Shown: positions 1 to 11,363, numbered from the stretch's first letter. The stretch: 64,000 bases of DNA from Pachysolen tannophilus NRRL Y-2460 (GCA_001661245.1 KV454014.1:227559-291558), one strand, 5' to 3'. Made by a program: numbers and translations. Notes: generated by a model from the sequence alone, not told the origin.

Positions 1-135
1 TTGGTGATTTTAGATTTCAATTCAATTACTAGTAGTCTATACTGAAAAGAACAGAAAATACAGTTCGCTAATGAGAGAAATTAATTTTCCATGATCATTT
101 TGGTTATTATTACCTTCAACTCTACTCATCATTAT

Positions 136-837
136 TCAAAAAAACTCTTCTCTTCTAAAGAAATCGCAATTTATCGAGTCCGTTTGTCCAATAAGTCTTT
201 CCCATTTGCATATGTCGAACTCCTCATAAAAAGTATACTCCATAAAATTACTCATATCAATTTCGCTAGCAAAAATATCTTCCATTCTTCCATTAGAAGA
301 AACACACTCATTTTCAGAGTTGATTTCCTCTTTGCCTTTACCGCCCAATATATTTAGTTCTTTATGCAACCATTCCACAAACGGGGTATTACTTGATTCC
401 TTGTTATACTGTGTTGCATAACGTTTCCATATGGTTTGATTTACGTCGTCCATGGACCAACTTTTAGCCAATATTGCAGATAGTTCAGTTTGCTGCGTGA
501 CATTGTTAATATTTTTGGTATAAAATGACCTGTACGCCATAAATCCGTTCATTTTTTTTTTCATTTTTTTCGCAACTTTACTTTGATGGATCTTGCCCTT
601 TTCCTTAGTGACGTACTTCGAAGCATAAACTTCCAACTTATCTTTTAAATTATCTGGAATTTTAGGAAGAGGGGGAAGTGAACTGAATGAAAAAAAATAT
701 TCCCGTGCCTGATTTTTTGCAGTTTGTTCAGATGCTCTTGATCCTTGTTCTTTATAAAATTTTTGTCTTTGCTTTTTGTTTTGAAATTTAGGTTTATTAA
801 TTCTGAATTGTGTAATACAGCGATTTGGAATTATCAT
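136..837 (-). CDS. MATalpha1: Mating-type protein alpha1 (alpha-box transcription factor)
   Basis: 233-aa ORF with alpha-box core KKMNGFMAYRSFY...QTELSAILAKSW...IWKRYATQYN; lies next to an alpha2 homeobox gene. Confidence 0.92.
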   Translation of the reverse strand: MIIPNRCITQFRINKPKFQNKKQRQKFYKEQGSRASEQTAKNQAREYFFSFSSLPPLPKIPDNLKDKLEVYASKYVTKEKGKIHQSKVAKKMKKKMNGFMAYRSFYTKNINNVTQQTELSAILAKSWSMDDVNQTIWKRYATQYNKESSNTPFVEWLHKELNILGGKGKEEINSENECVSSNGRMEDIFASEIDMSNFMEYTFYEEFDICKWERLIGQTDSINCDFFRREEFF

Positions 838-1174
838 TTTTTTTTAATTTAATTTGTATTATCGTTCAATACACCGAGATGAACCCTACCATGAACAATC
901 AGTGGATAAGATTTGTGTTTTATATGCTTGTAAAGCTTTTATATTTTGCAATTGGTACCGCACCTATATCCTGAAAATTGTACCTTACTGAAAATGAGAT
1001 TTTCACTAACTATTCAATGAACTATATTTCTGTGTCATCCTGATTCCTAAATATCTTATGAGGCTACAGCAAAAGTGTATATCATTTGTAATGTTCAAGG
1101 TATGCCGTAAAACCATTATGCATACATAGTAATGTGGCGCATTTTACATTATGCAAGTGTCTGCAGTAATTTAA

Positions 1175-1194
1175 TGATGTAGTGTTTTACTACT
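1175..1194 (-). promoter_or_regulatory. Possible a1-alpha2 operator in the MATalpha1 promoter
   Basis: Minus strand AGTAGTAAAACACTACATCA has GT-N7-TACATCA, as in the S. cerevisiae haploid-specific-gene operator (TCRYGTNNWNANNTACATCA), with mismatches in the left half. Confidence 0.3.
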
Positions 1195-1357
1195 CATCTT
1201 TATTGGATATATTTCAACTAATAACTAAATATTTACTCAATATAAACTCTCAAAAAATTTCAAAACATTTCTCAAAAACGTAGAAATAAAGTATCTGTAC
1301 CAATCACTACTTTCAGACTATATTTAAAAAGATTATGCATCAATCTTTTTTTTTAAG

Positions 1358-2431
1358 TTATTTCAAAAGATATGATAGCTCTTCTGAAATATTTACTACT
1401 TTTTCTTTTCTTCTATTGAAGCTGTTAGAATATTATGCTTTCTATAAATGTTTTGAATTTTTTAAAACTTACCTCTTGTTTGAAATCCTGTTGTGAAAAA
1501 GATTTTTCAGTTAGTACATATAGTTTTTTAAATTTTTCTTGGAAATGCTCACTTACCAGTTTCGAACTTGATTTTTGGTCAACCCTGTTCTTTCAACTAA
1601 TAAAGTCAATGTTTCCTCACTGAGATAAGGACTTTCTATGTTTTCTTCATACCTGTATTATATTATTTTTCGATTAGTAACGTCATTTCCTTTTGCAGTC
1701 GATATTCTGTTGCGTGTTTCTTCAAAATTAAATAAATAGATTACTTACCAAGTTTCTAATATCTGAACTAATGATTTAGGTAATCTACGACCTTTATTAG
1801 GTATCTTATCGCTACCAAATTCATTAATCATATTTTGAGTTATAACGTTAAACACCATTTCTTGTTTAGTGGAGGGCTCAGACTGGATGGAATTTTGATG
1901 TAATTTCTCGAAGTATGATTTTTTAAACCTGTTAGTTTCATTATGAAGTGATTCTTTTTCTTTTATCAATAAAACTATTGCCTTAGCTGATCTATTAATC
2001 TTTGAAAGCATCTTTTGTTCATTTTCGCCAAGTTGCGATTTCCATTTTAATAATCGTAAAATTTCCTGATCAATTTCATTAAATGTTAGTATGTGGCTAT
2101 CATCAATACTCCTCCCGATTCCAGATTTACTTACTTTGGATGCCCGTTGTGCTTCACTATTCATCCTTGCATAGTCGAAGATTCCTGAAGCAAAATATCT
2201 TCTTAAGGCATTGTGAAGAGAAATATTAATGAAGTTAAGTCTAAAACGTTTAGTTATGTTAATTACTTTTTCATAATCAAGCAGCCATCTATACAACATC
2301 CTGAATACTTACGAATTATATAATTCTTCGTTATCTTTTAATAACTTCTGATTTTGATTTTCAGGGGTTTCAACTAACAAAGAAGGAATCGAACACTTGT
2401 CGTATATCCTGTCGTTTCTTTGAGGGGCCAT
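1358..2431 (-). CDS. MATalpha2: Mating-type homeodomain protein alpha2; exons 2431-2313, 2240-1749, 1652-1557, 1487-1473, 1412-1358 (258 aa)
   Basis: Four GTAAGT...YAG introns with branch-like motifs (TAATTAAC, TACTAAT, TACTAAC, TTCTAAC). Splicing gives an N-terminal KCSIPSLL (like alpha2 KIPIKDLL) and homeodomain RRLPKSLVQILETWYEENIESPYL...TGLTKNQVRNWISNKRRKEKVVNISEELSYLLK, matching alpha2 WVSNRRRKEK...ELADLL. All exon phases are compatible. Confidence 0.9.
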
Positions 2432-5400
2432 TATTACGTTTTACAAAAAAGAAATAGGGGAGAAAACGTCTAAAAGAGATTATAAATTATTCAAGAAAAA
2501 AAAAAAAACAAGAGAATTTGAAAACTTCGAATAATATTCAGTTAAATTAATATAACTATATTGAAAAATCCTCTTTAAAATAGTTTCTTGAAGTTGGCTG
2601 AATATTTGAGCTATTTGGTCAACTCGATCTTAATATGTTTCTAAATCGGTTCACTTTGCGTTTCTAAATCGTCTTGCACGGGTAAGTTTCCATGCTGCAT
2701 TTAATGTGAGGAGATCTAAGAATTCGGAAAGGCGTGTATGAAACGCAAAAGAGAGAGAAACTCTTTTAAACAATATTTATACACGACCTTATGTCAAAAG
2801 CGAGTTAGTATCTTCGCGAAAAATTTTTGCTCCATTTTTTTTTGTCCGACCTCCATCAGTTCTAATTTCCTTCCTAATCAATTCGAGGTGTCTTCTCTGC
2901 TGAGGTTCACTTACCCTGACACTTAATCTTCTGAAACATTTGGTGAATCAAGAACAATGAAAATGCAGCAGATGAATGGTCTTGATAATATTCAGCACAG
3001 TTATCAATTGGTGATTCATTACCAAGTTTTTTTTCAATTCACTACTTCTAAGAAAGAATACCCATATTCAAAGCCATTTTTTTATTATTACTGAATGTCG
3101 TTGTAAAGTAAGTCATCATTCAATGGATATAAATGATATAATATCAATAATAAAATGTTGCTAGCTAGTTTCTTAAATAACTCGCTTAGTAATTCCTTAT
3201 GTAAGGATACGCGTTTTTGAATAAATGCACTACCGTCGTCTTTAACAGATCTTAAATACTGCATGACAAATAAAAGGTTCTCTGCATTATCGTGCATGCA
3301 TATAACACACATACTAAGATTAAAATGCATATTACGTTAAATTTTCTTGCACCGCTCCTGAAGCACCCAAACCCCAAAACAATTTATAACTAGCGAACAC
3401 CGTGCGTAGGTTGAGAGAGTTCATATTGCGAAGCAAAACTCTGGAAAAACTAATTAGTGGCTAAGATAATTCCCAGTATAAAGAAAACGTCATAAGGAAA
3501 TTATACATTTTATAGAGTTGAATAATGCATTCAACGAAATCAAATCCTTTACCGATTGTCTTAGCTATTTTGATGAACAGGGTGAGTTTCACAATTTCAT
3601 CTAAAAAACTATCAAATTGAGTTCGCTATTGAAGAAAATTTTGACTTCATACGTTTACTCTTAGTGTTTAAAGTATTGGATATATAAATCGGTGTTCCTA
3701 TCATTTATTTCTTTCTTAATTCTGTGTTGTTTGAAAGTAAGAGGAATACTTTATTCAGACCATTCTTGGATTAAAATAAATATTAGAGTAATAATAAAAA
3801 AAACTAAACAGAGACGTGAGACTTCTGTCTCAATCTGCGATAAAAAAAAATAAAAAAAAAAAGCTTTAACTAATATAGGATTCCTATATCATATAGTTTG
3901 TTCCCTCAATGGTAATCTGACTTGAAAAAGCACCCGCAAATTGAAACCGCTATCTTTTTAGTATCAACAAAATGAAGAGCATAATCGAAAAGAAGTAGCA
4001 ATTAAAAGTTTAGTGGAGAACATCCTAAATCGCTCCTTCGTTCCTCCTCTTTTCACATATTTATCTTTCAACAATATCAATGAATGGCTTATCTCTTTGA
4101 CTTGTACAGATGAGATAAAGAACAGACTAACGATTTCGCTCAAATAGATTGAGGCAAGAATTTTCAAAACGATGAATGTACCTGACCATTCTGCTGCTAA
4201 TCCAATCATTCATAACTCAACCATACAATGTGTTTTTCTAGAAAACCAACTTTTTAATCGAACCTTCTTCTATGGAAAATCTTTTTTCTTATGACTACAT
4301 CATTAACATTTTAATTTCCGCATTTATAACTATGAAAAGTGATACAGTGATCCTAAATCAACTATTTTTTCTAAACAAGGTAAAAGAAAAAGTCTTTAGC
4401 CTCTTTCAATTTTGATTTATGTGAACAAAGGTGCAAAATGTGTATCCAAATTTTCGTAGTGGTATATATATATAATGGATGCATTATTTCTCTCATATTG
4501 CGATACTTTAATTGTATGAATAATAGAAAAAAGTTATAGGCATGATGTGATGTATTAATTGTGCTTGAATTTGTTTTTAGACTTCAATTGTTGTTGGACA
4601 TTAAAAATAAGGCACGATGATACCTGAACAGCCAAAACTTGATATATCAAGTTCGGTTAAATCTTTAGATTTTTTTGTTTTTTTATTATGCACTATAAAA
4701 AAGTCATCACTGTTAAAAGTTGAATTTTTATATGAAATTATCAAAGTATAGGAGAATTGTATCTCATAAAAAGAATTGTTTTTCAAAATCTTATACTGCA
4801 CTGTCCACAATTAAGTATTAAATATCAAAGAAAATCTATAAATGGCATCTAATTTTTTTGCCGTAAGCGCATACACAACCGATGACTTTGAACATGATGT
4901 TGTTTTGAAAGTTAAAACTAAAAGTCTACGCAAATAGTATTGGATAACAGAAGATTATTGAGAACGATCTATATTCAAGAAAGAAAAATTAATTTTAAGG
5001 TTGTAACCTTTTTCCATTGTTACAAAACAGAGGTGAGGTGCTCACAGTTTTATGGTTGCGAAGTAATTGGAAATAAGAGGAGGATTATCTAGTAGTGAAT
5101 AACTTTTTTGGTCCGAACTAAGGATTGTCGTAAGAAGGGAGTTGTCGCTTTCGGCACCAAAGTTATTGAAAAATAGGTTGATTATCCAGCAAACATCTAA
5201 TACGTTTGGTAATTAAATATAGTGTAAGCTCTCAGAAACATTTGACACTTCGATAGCTCAATGCCTAAGGAAAAAATTTTTTTTGAGAAATTCTCATAAA
5301 AACTAAAGGAAAAGGTAAAAGAAAATACAGACAGACCATATTTTCGAAGATCTTTGATGAAATTACGATTTACAAAATATTACCGTTTGAAAAGATCATG

Positions 5401-6360
5401 AAAATGGTAGAGAAGTTAAATATTTTGTTTTGAATTCAACACTAACAGGTAACTGCAAAATATTTATGCTTAGTATCTGAAAAATTCAAAGAGTCAGAAT
5501 TAGAAAAGAAGCCATAAAAAATTCTGGAGCACGAGAGGAATATTTGTGTTTGACTTTAATGAGATTGAAATTATATATATATTTTTTTATATATTTTAAC
5601 TAGAAAAAAAAAAAGGATAAATAAATTATCGAGAAGATTTTAGTGAGAGAAGAGAAAAGAGAGCAATAGATAATTTTTTTGGTTTTCTATTTGTTACGTT
5701 ATTCAAGAAGTATTAGATAAAGTTAACTAAAAAGGATCAGTGGGATTAGTATTATTAAAAGTAATAGCTGAAACTGAATTTCAGGCGTGAAAGGTTCGTT
5801 ATAGCGGTGCTCAACATCATTATGGCATAGAATGCAACAGAAAATTTGAGAATGGATGAATAGAGGTAATTAAGCATCGCAAACAATTTAGCGAAATAAA
5901 TTCGTTTTTACTATCTACTTTGAATAAATTGTAGTATTGATATATTATATAGAAACTAAGAATTGAAAGCAAATTAATTTTTTTAGACCACAGAAAGCCA
6001 TTAACTTTTTATAAGAATTCAATAATGTACCATAGTTTAATAATTTTTGAAAATGTATCTCGCTTCTTAAATTATCGATTGCATATGTAGAATCTTTTTT
6101 GAGATTGTAGATCTACTATGCAGAAGAAAATGCTTAGTAGTGACTTTACTAGTAAATGACAGTTATGTGACTGTAGTGTCATTAATGTATGTCGTTAGTG
6201 TGCCGAAATCAATTTGACTTGACGTGCGCGAAAAAACAAAGTAGTTCCATGTATATCAAAAAACATATTGGGCATCACAACTGGAGCAGAGTATAGTGTG
6301 CAGAGTTATGGCAAAATCTATTCGAAAGGAATATGACATCGATATAGCAAATAATTGAAA
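2432..6360. other. ~3.9-kb spacer without recognisable genes between the MATalpha and MATa gene pairs
   Basis: Only short ORFs (81 aa or less) with no recognisable motifs. Contains a Reb1-like CGGGTAA (2679-2685) and TGAAAC motifs near the alpha2 promoter. Confidence 0.6.
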
Positions 6361-7285
6361 CTATAGCTCATGATTTGAATCAAGAAAGATATCTTCTGTA
6401 ATGATGTTGCATAGACTGGGATATATCCTAGATTCAAAGTCACTCTTTCTGCCTTTGGTAATGAACCTTCTGCTAGTGTGAAAATAGTGGTCTTTATCTG
6501 ACGACTTCAGCATACATAGTCCTTGTCTCGAAGCCTTTTTCACTCTCGGAGATATATTCAGATTTGATGAAAAGCGCATCCTAGCAAATTTTTTGGGGTT
6601 TCTGCCACTATCTGAGCTAGGAGAAGATAAGGTTTTGTAGGAAGAAGTACAAATGGTCGTGTAATGCACCTTAGTTGAAATGCTTTTGGAAATTTCCTTG
6701 ATGTCAGTCAGTAAATTTGGAGACACGGAGATAATACCCGAGCAATTACCTAATTTGGTACTTCTAAAAACTTCCGACTTTTTCGGTGAAAACATATAGG
6801 TGGGATGGTAAGATTGATGCCAAGCATCTTCGAGAAAAGCTAGATACTGGAAGTACATTTGAAAACATTCCTCACTTCTTCTCCAAATCTTTAAGTAAAC
6901 AAATAGAATGTTAATAATTGGGCCGATAATATTGATTACAATAATTTCTGTCTAAAAACTAAAAACATAAAAAACAAATACTTACAATTGAAGAAACTTT
7001 AGAAATATTGTCTGTAGTAACTTTGTTAAATTCTGATTTGAGGTACTTGCTCAAAATATTTCTCGAAATGATGAATTTATTTCTCGGTCTAGAAATAGAA
7101 CAACCTTTAGTATTAATTCGTGCTCGAGGACTACTCGAATCTATGAAGGAGCATGATTGATACTTTTTTTTTTGGCGACAATTGGTTGAAGCAGCTGGAA
7201 AACTGGTGGAGTCAAACAGATCAGATTCTGTTATATCATCAAATAGCAGCGAAAGCTGGAATTTGGATGAAGCTAAAATTTTCAT
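6361..7285 (-). CDS. MATa2: Mating-type HMG-box protein a2; exons 7285-6986 and 6888-6361 (~275 aa; start uncertain)
   Basis: HMG box split by intron 6985-6889 (GTAAGT...TATTAAC...AAG): ISRPRNKFIISRNILSK...ISKVSSI|IWRRSEECFQMYFQYLAFLEDAWHQSYHPTYMFSPKK; divergent from MATa1. Confidence 0.85.
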
Positions 7286-8029
7286 TTTTACAAAAGAAAA
7301 AATGGCACAAAATTGAACTATCACCAAAGCCCTCAAATACTTAAAAACTTAGTTATTACCGAAATAGCGAAATTGGTCATAATCATATTCAAAAAGGTTC
7401 AAATTCTCTGGGGGTGATATATACATATATATAATAAGACGGATGAATTTGGATTTGAAAGTATCATTGAATACAAAATTATCCAATACTGATTTAAAAC
7501 GACATTATGACATAGTGTATACGTACATAAATAACGTACATAAAGTATAAATAAAAATGAGATATAGCTGCATCCGTAGTTCACATAAGTTTAAGGAGCA
7601 GATAATGCATTTTTTTCGCAGCCTCAAAAACATAAATGAAAAGAAACTAAAATTTAAAACGAGCAAGGAAAACATGGAACAGATCAACTTTTAGAGTAAT
7701 ATTTTTAGCATCCAAAGAAAATAACTGCATCATGGTGCAGTCTGTAGGTACGATAAAGTAGCGACCTCAACAAAAAGAGAAAGTATGTATGATAAATAAG
7801 TATTCGCGATGTCGGATAGGAGATAGGGAGCCAATAAAACGTGACATGCCTAGTGAATAATGTAGTAAATTAAAACACTTACGATTGAATGTTTCATAGA
7901 CCTTAGAAAGAATATAACCATTAATCAAACTTCCGTTAACTTAAATATCATTTTATATAATACTGCGATTTGAAATTTACTTATAGAAGTTGAAATACAA
8001 TTTTTGTCTCCTTGTAAAAAAAAAAAGAA

Positions 8030-8803
8030 ATGGAAGACGATATTATTATTTCTGCAACAAAATCAAACCCTAATTGTTTGAATGAATTAAAAATGGCGTT
8101 TTCGTCTCTTGAAAATTTAGTCGAACAGACTAATGAGTTTAATGGAGGTGAAAGGACCGACAAAGGATCATACCCAGAAAATGAATACGGCTACAATTTG
8201 AAATACAGTAATGCAATTCCAGAAGAGTTAAAAGAGGCATTTGATGAACTTATTCAAATTTTTCAAAAATCTTTAGAAAGGACAGTTAAAGTAAGTATCC
8301 AAATAAGAACCAAAACTTTTGATAGCAGCACCCAACTAACAGATAATCAGGACTCCAATAATATGAATGAATTAAACAATGAAACAAGTTTTCTTGTTTC
8401 TCATTATTCATTATATAAATTATATGAGACAATGTTGAAAGAATCTTTTGATGAGATTATTAAATATTCTCAATCAGAAGACCCAGGTGATAAGTATCCA
8501 GTCATTTACAACTACAACATGAACTCATGTTGTTTTGAATCGGCAACAATTTCAGTTTCTAGCAATGCAACTATTAAAAACAACGTAGCAGCGCACACGC
8601 CTGAGTATGTGCATGTATCGGAGGTAAAGGAAAAAAAAAGGCGCACTTTTATCTCTAAAGAAACAAGGGATTTTCTTGAAACAGCATTTAAATTAAAGAG
8701 ATCACCTAATAGCAGAGAAAGAAAAATAATTGCAGAAAAGTGTGGATTAACTCCACTACAAGTAAGAGTTTGGTTTACAAATAAGAGGATGAGGTCAAAG
8801 TGA
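8030..8803 (+). CDS. MATa1: Mating-type homeodomain protein a1 (257 aa unspliced; 237 aa if in-frame intron 8291-8350 is removed)
   Basis: C-terminal homeodomain ISKETRDFLETAFKLKRSPNSRERKIIAEKCGLTPLQVRVWFTNKRMRSK closely matches S. cerevisiae a1 (...KCGITPLQVRVWFINKRMRSK). Confidence 0.95.
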   Translation: MEDDIIISATKSNPNCLNELKMAFSSLENLVEQTNEFNGGERTDKGSYPENEYGYNLKYSNAIPEELKEAFDELIQIFQKSLERTVKVSIQIRTKTFDSSTQLTDNQDSNNMNELNNETSFLVSHYSLYKLYETMLKESFDEIIKYSQSEDPGDKYPVIYNYNMNSCCFESATISVSSNATIKNNVAAHTPEYVHVSEVKEKKRRTFISKETRDFLETAFKLKRSPNSRERKIIAEKCGLTPLQVRVWFTNKRMRSK

Positions 8804-8994
8804 AGGAAATAAAATAAAATGTCTTACACGCCGAAAGTAACTTTTTAATGGTTGTAGCTTGACTCCACTAGCGACTATATATATATAGGTAGTAATCAAA
8901 CAATAAAAACAATTTTACTTGAAAACTCGTTCTTTTTTTTTTTCTTTTTTGATTTTAAATTCAAGGAAGCATAGTTTAGTAACATTACATGAGG

Positions 8995-11090
8995 TTATTC
9001 ATCATCGCTATCATCGCGGTAACTAAATTTTCTTATTTCGCCTAATCTTTTTCTTGCAGCATTTAAGGCATTCTCTAATTTCAAGATTTCTACTTGTTGC
9101 TCCATCTCGACAGTTTTATTTTCATGTAAACTAAGTTTCGAGTAATCAATTTCTTCAACACCACCATTGAGCCTTTTGTTTAATATATCTTGTACTTGAT
9201 TGACTAATGTCCTACAAGCAGAAGACACTGATTTGCTTGCCAATTCGAGACGGTCTTGAGTTTTTGAATTGAAGGTAGCTTTAACTCTAGAAGCGGCGAC
9301 TAACTGTGATGTCGAAGCAGCAACTTCGTTGGAAGAAACAATCAATTGTTCGTGTGAATTCTTACCTGATAAAACACCGTCAGCAGTTTGAATCAAAATA
9401 TTTGTAGACTCGGCAACAGATTTAGCAGCCGAAATCAAACCTTCGGTCCACCTATTGTGTTTTTTGTAGAAAGCAGTTCTCGAATTTGTACCCCTCCCCT
9501 GAGCAACAATTTCAGCCTGACAATCAATAGCAGCTTTGATCAACAATTGAATAGCATTCGTAACAGCAACAGCAGCGGCTAAAATAGCATTGTTTATCTC
9601 CAAGTCAATAGAAGAGAGTGAAGGATCTTTGGGTTTCTCAATTAAAGAAGTTAAATGAGCAGAAGCTGCTGCTATGGCGTCAGCAGCATTGGTCATCTCT
9701 TTATCAACCAAGTCACCTAAGTCCCCATTAGCTTTGTTTATGCGAGCCCTAGGAGCAAGTTTTTCAATTAAATCACTCAATTGCTGTAATTTTTCTTGAA
9801 CGTTCAAATTTCCTTCTATTACGGTATCTGTTTTGTCATCTTCAGACAATTTATTCAAGTTAGAGGATAATAGAGATTTAAAAAATTCTTCAGATAACTG
9901 AGCAGAAAACCTAGCATTGTTAACCAAATTATCAACCTCAGAGTCTGATTTTGCTAATCTAGTTATTCCCTTAGTATCTAATACAACGTCAGAAATCGAG
10001 GAAGCAAAATCCGATATGGTCTTAATGATTGAAGAATGATCACCGTTTGGACCATCAGCTATAAAATTATTAAAGCTAGTTGCAAAATCTGTAGCAGAAG
10101 TAGAAGCTTTTTCTATAACAGATAACATGTATTCTGGGGAAGAATTTTGGTTACCAGCTTGCATAGGGGAATCTAACTCATAAAGGGCATCTTGAATTCT
10201 CTGTACTCCGCTCTGCAAAATAGTATCTAGTAAATTTGTTAATCTCTCTAAGTTCTCAACTAATATCTGATCAATTTGCTCATCAATGGCACTATCTTTA
10301 TCTTTTTGTACAGCAGCTAGTTCTTTAATTGCATCGTCCATAGTTTGTTGCATGATTTCTAGTTCTTCATCTTTTTGCATTAGCTTTTCTTGTAAAGAGT
10401 TGTTTGACTCTGGTGATAATGAGTCAATTATATGCTGCTTTTCATTTAACTGCTTTGTTAATTCGTCAAGTTCTTTATTATGTTGTTGGAATATAGATGA
10501 AAGGTTTGATGATTGTGATCTTTCTGTTGTATCTAGTTTGTCTTTCAATTGTCTTAGTTCTGCTTCAAGTCTTTCAATTTCGTTGTTCTTACCACCTTTT
10601 AATCGGTCCAAGTCTAATCTTGCTCTATCTCTTTCTCTAATCAAATCTGCTAGTTCAATGTTTTTAGCCTTCAAGTCTTTCTCAAGTTTTTCTCTCTTAT
10701 CAATTGATTCCTGTGCACTTGCTGCCTTTTGTTGTACCTTCTTAAATTTTGCTAACAAGTTTAGGTGTTCTTGTCTGAGTTGTGAGTACAACTTGGCTAA
10801 CGATTCGTACTTGTTTTTCCACACATTCAACTGTTCCTGCAAATTGCTGATCAATTCATCTTTGGAAGCCAACTGTTGTTGTGCTGATTGTGTTGTGTTG
10901 TTTATTTCGTTTTCTAATGCTTTTACCCTTTGGTCATACTGTTCCAACATTAATTGGTCTTTCTCATACTGTCCTCTGATTGCTAACAAGTCTCTCTCTA
11001 ATTCCGCCACTCTTCCTTGGGATTGCCTCAGTAGTTGGTCTCTCACCAACTGTTCTTGGGCTTGTCTCTGGGCCTCTTCCTGCTGTTGAT
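8995..11090 (-). pseudogene. SLA2: 5'-truncated SLA2 copy (coiled coil plus I/LWEQ-THATCH domain, no ANTH domain); probable arm of the MAT inverted repeat
   Basis: Open frame with Sla2 motifs (WKNKYESLAKLYSQLRQEH; FYKKHNRWTEGLISAAK; EMEQQVEILKLE). The frame is closed by TAG at ~11110-11112, there is no native ATG, and there is no ANTH-coding sequence before the next gene at 12047. Confidence 0.85.
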
Positions 11091-11363
11091 GAAAAGTTTT
11101 TAAGTGTTCCTAACCTAAGAAAGGGGGTGATATATGTGCTCTTAACGTTATGCGGTATGTAGGATTATGCGATGAGTATCGCTTATGCAAGATTGTGGTG
11201 AAGTGCATAATGTTGCATTAGATAAATTTTAGTGGTTTTTTATGTAGATTTGAAATGAAATGGCGTTTTCATGATTTTAGTTCTATTTTTGATGTTTTGG
11301 TAGTTTTTGTTGTGGTAGTATTTAGTTTATAGGTTGTGGTGGGTGGGTGGGGGATGGTGGTGG

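Noticed and set aside
1..135. Second arm of the SLA2 inverted repeat inside the window
   Set aside because: No match to the reverse complement of 8804-9000; the partner arm, if present, is outside the window.
1745..2299. 184-aa ORF as a stand-alone gene
   Set aside because: Its ATG lies inside intron 1 and its stop is a splice donor; it is exon 2 of MATalpha2.
4250..4275. GGTTCGATT (minus strand) as a tRNA B-box
   Set aside because: No cloverleaf, T-stem pairing or A-box could be built around it.
2738..4810. Short ORFs (62-81 aa) in the MAT spacer as pheromone or other genes
   Set aside because: No KR-EA repeats, no convincing a-factor-like precursor and no recognisable domains.
8605..8715. 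Second MATa1 intron (GTATGT...CCTAAT...CAG)
   Set aside because: It would delete conserved homeodomain sequence, and the branch site is weak.
8995..11049. Complete functional SLA2 or a spliced 5' extension
   Set aside because: The ORF-track start is TTG, an in-frame TAG lies ~60 nt upstream, and no ANTH-coding exon exists before 12047.
10286..11089. 267-aa Ser-rich + strand ORF
   Set aside because: Antisense shadow of the SLA2 coiled-coil coding sequence.
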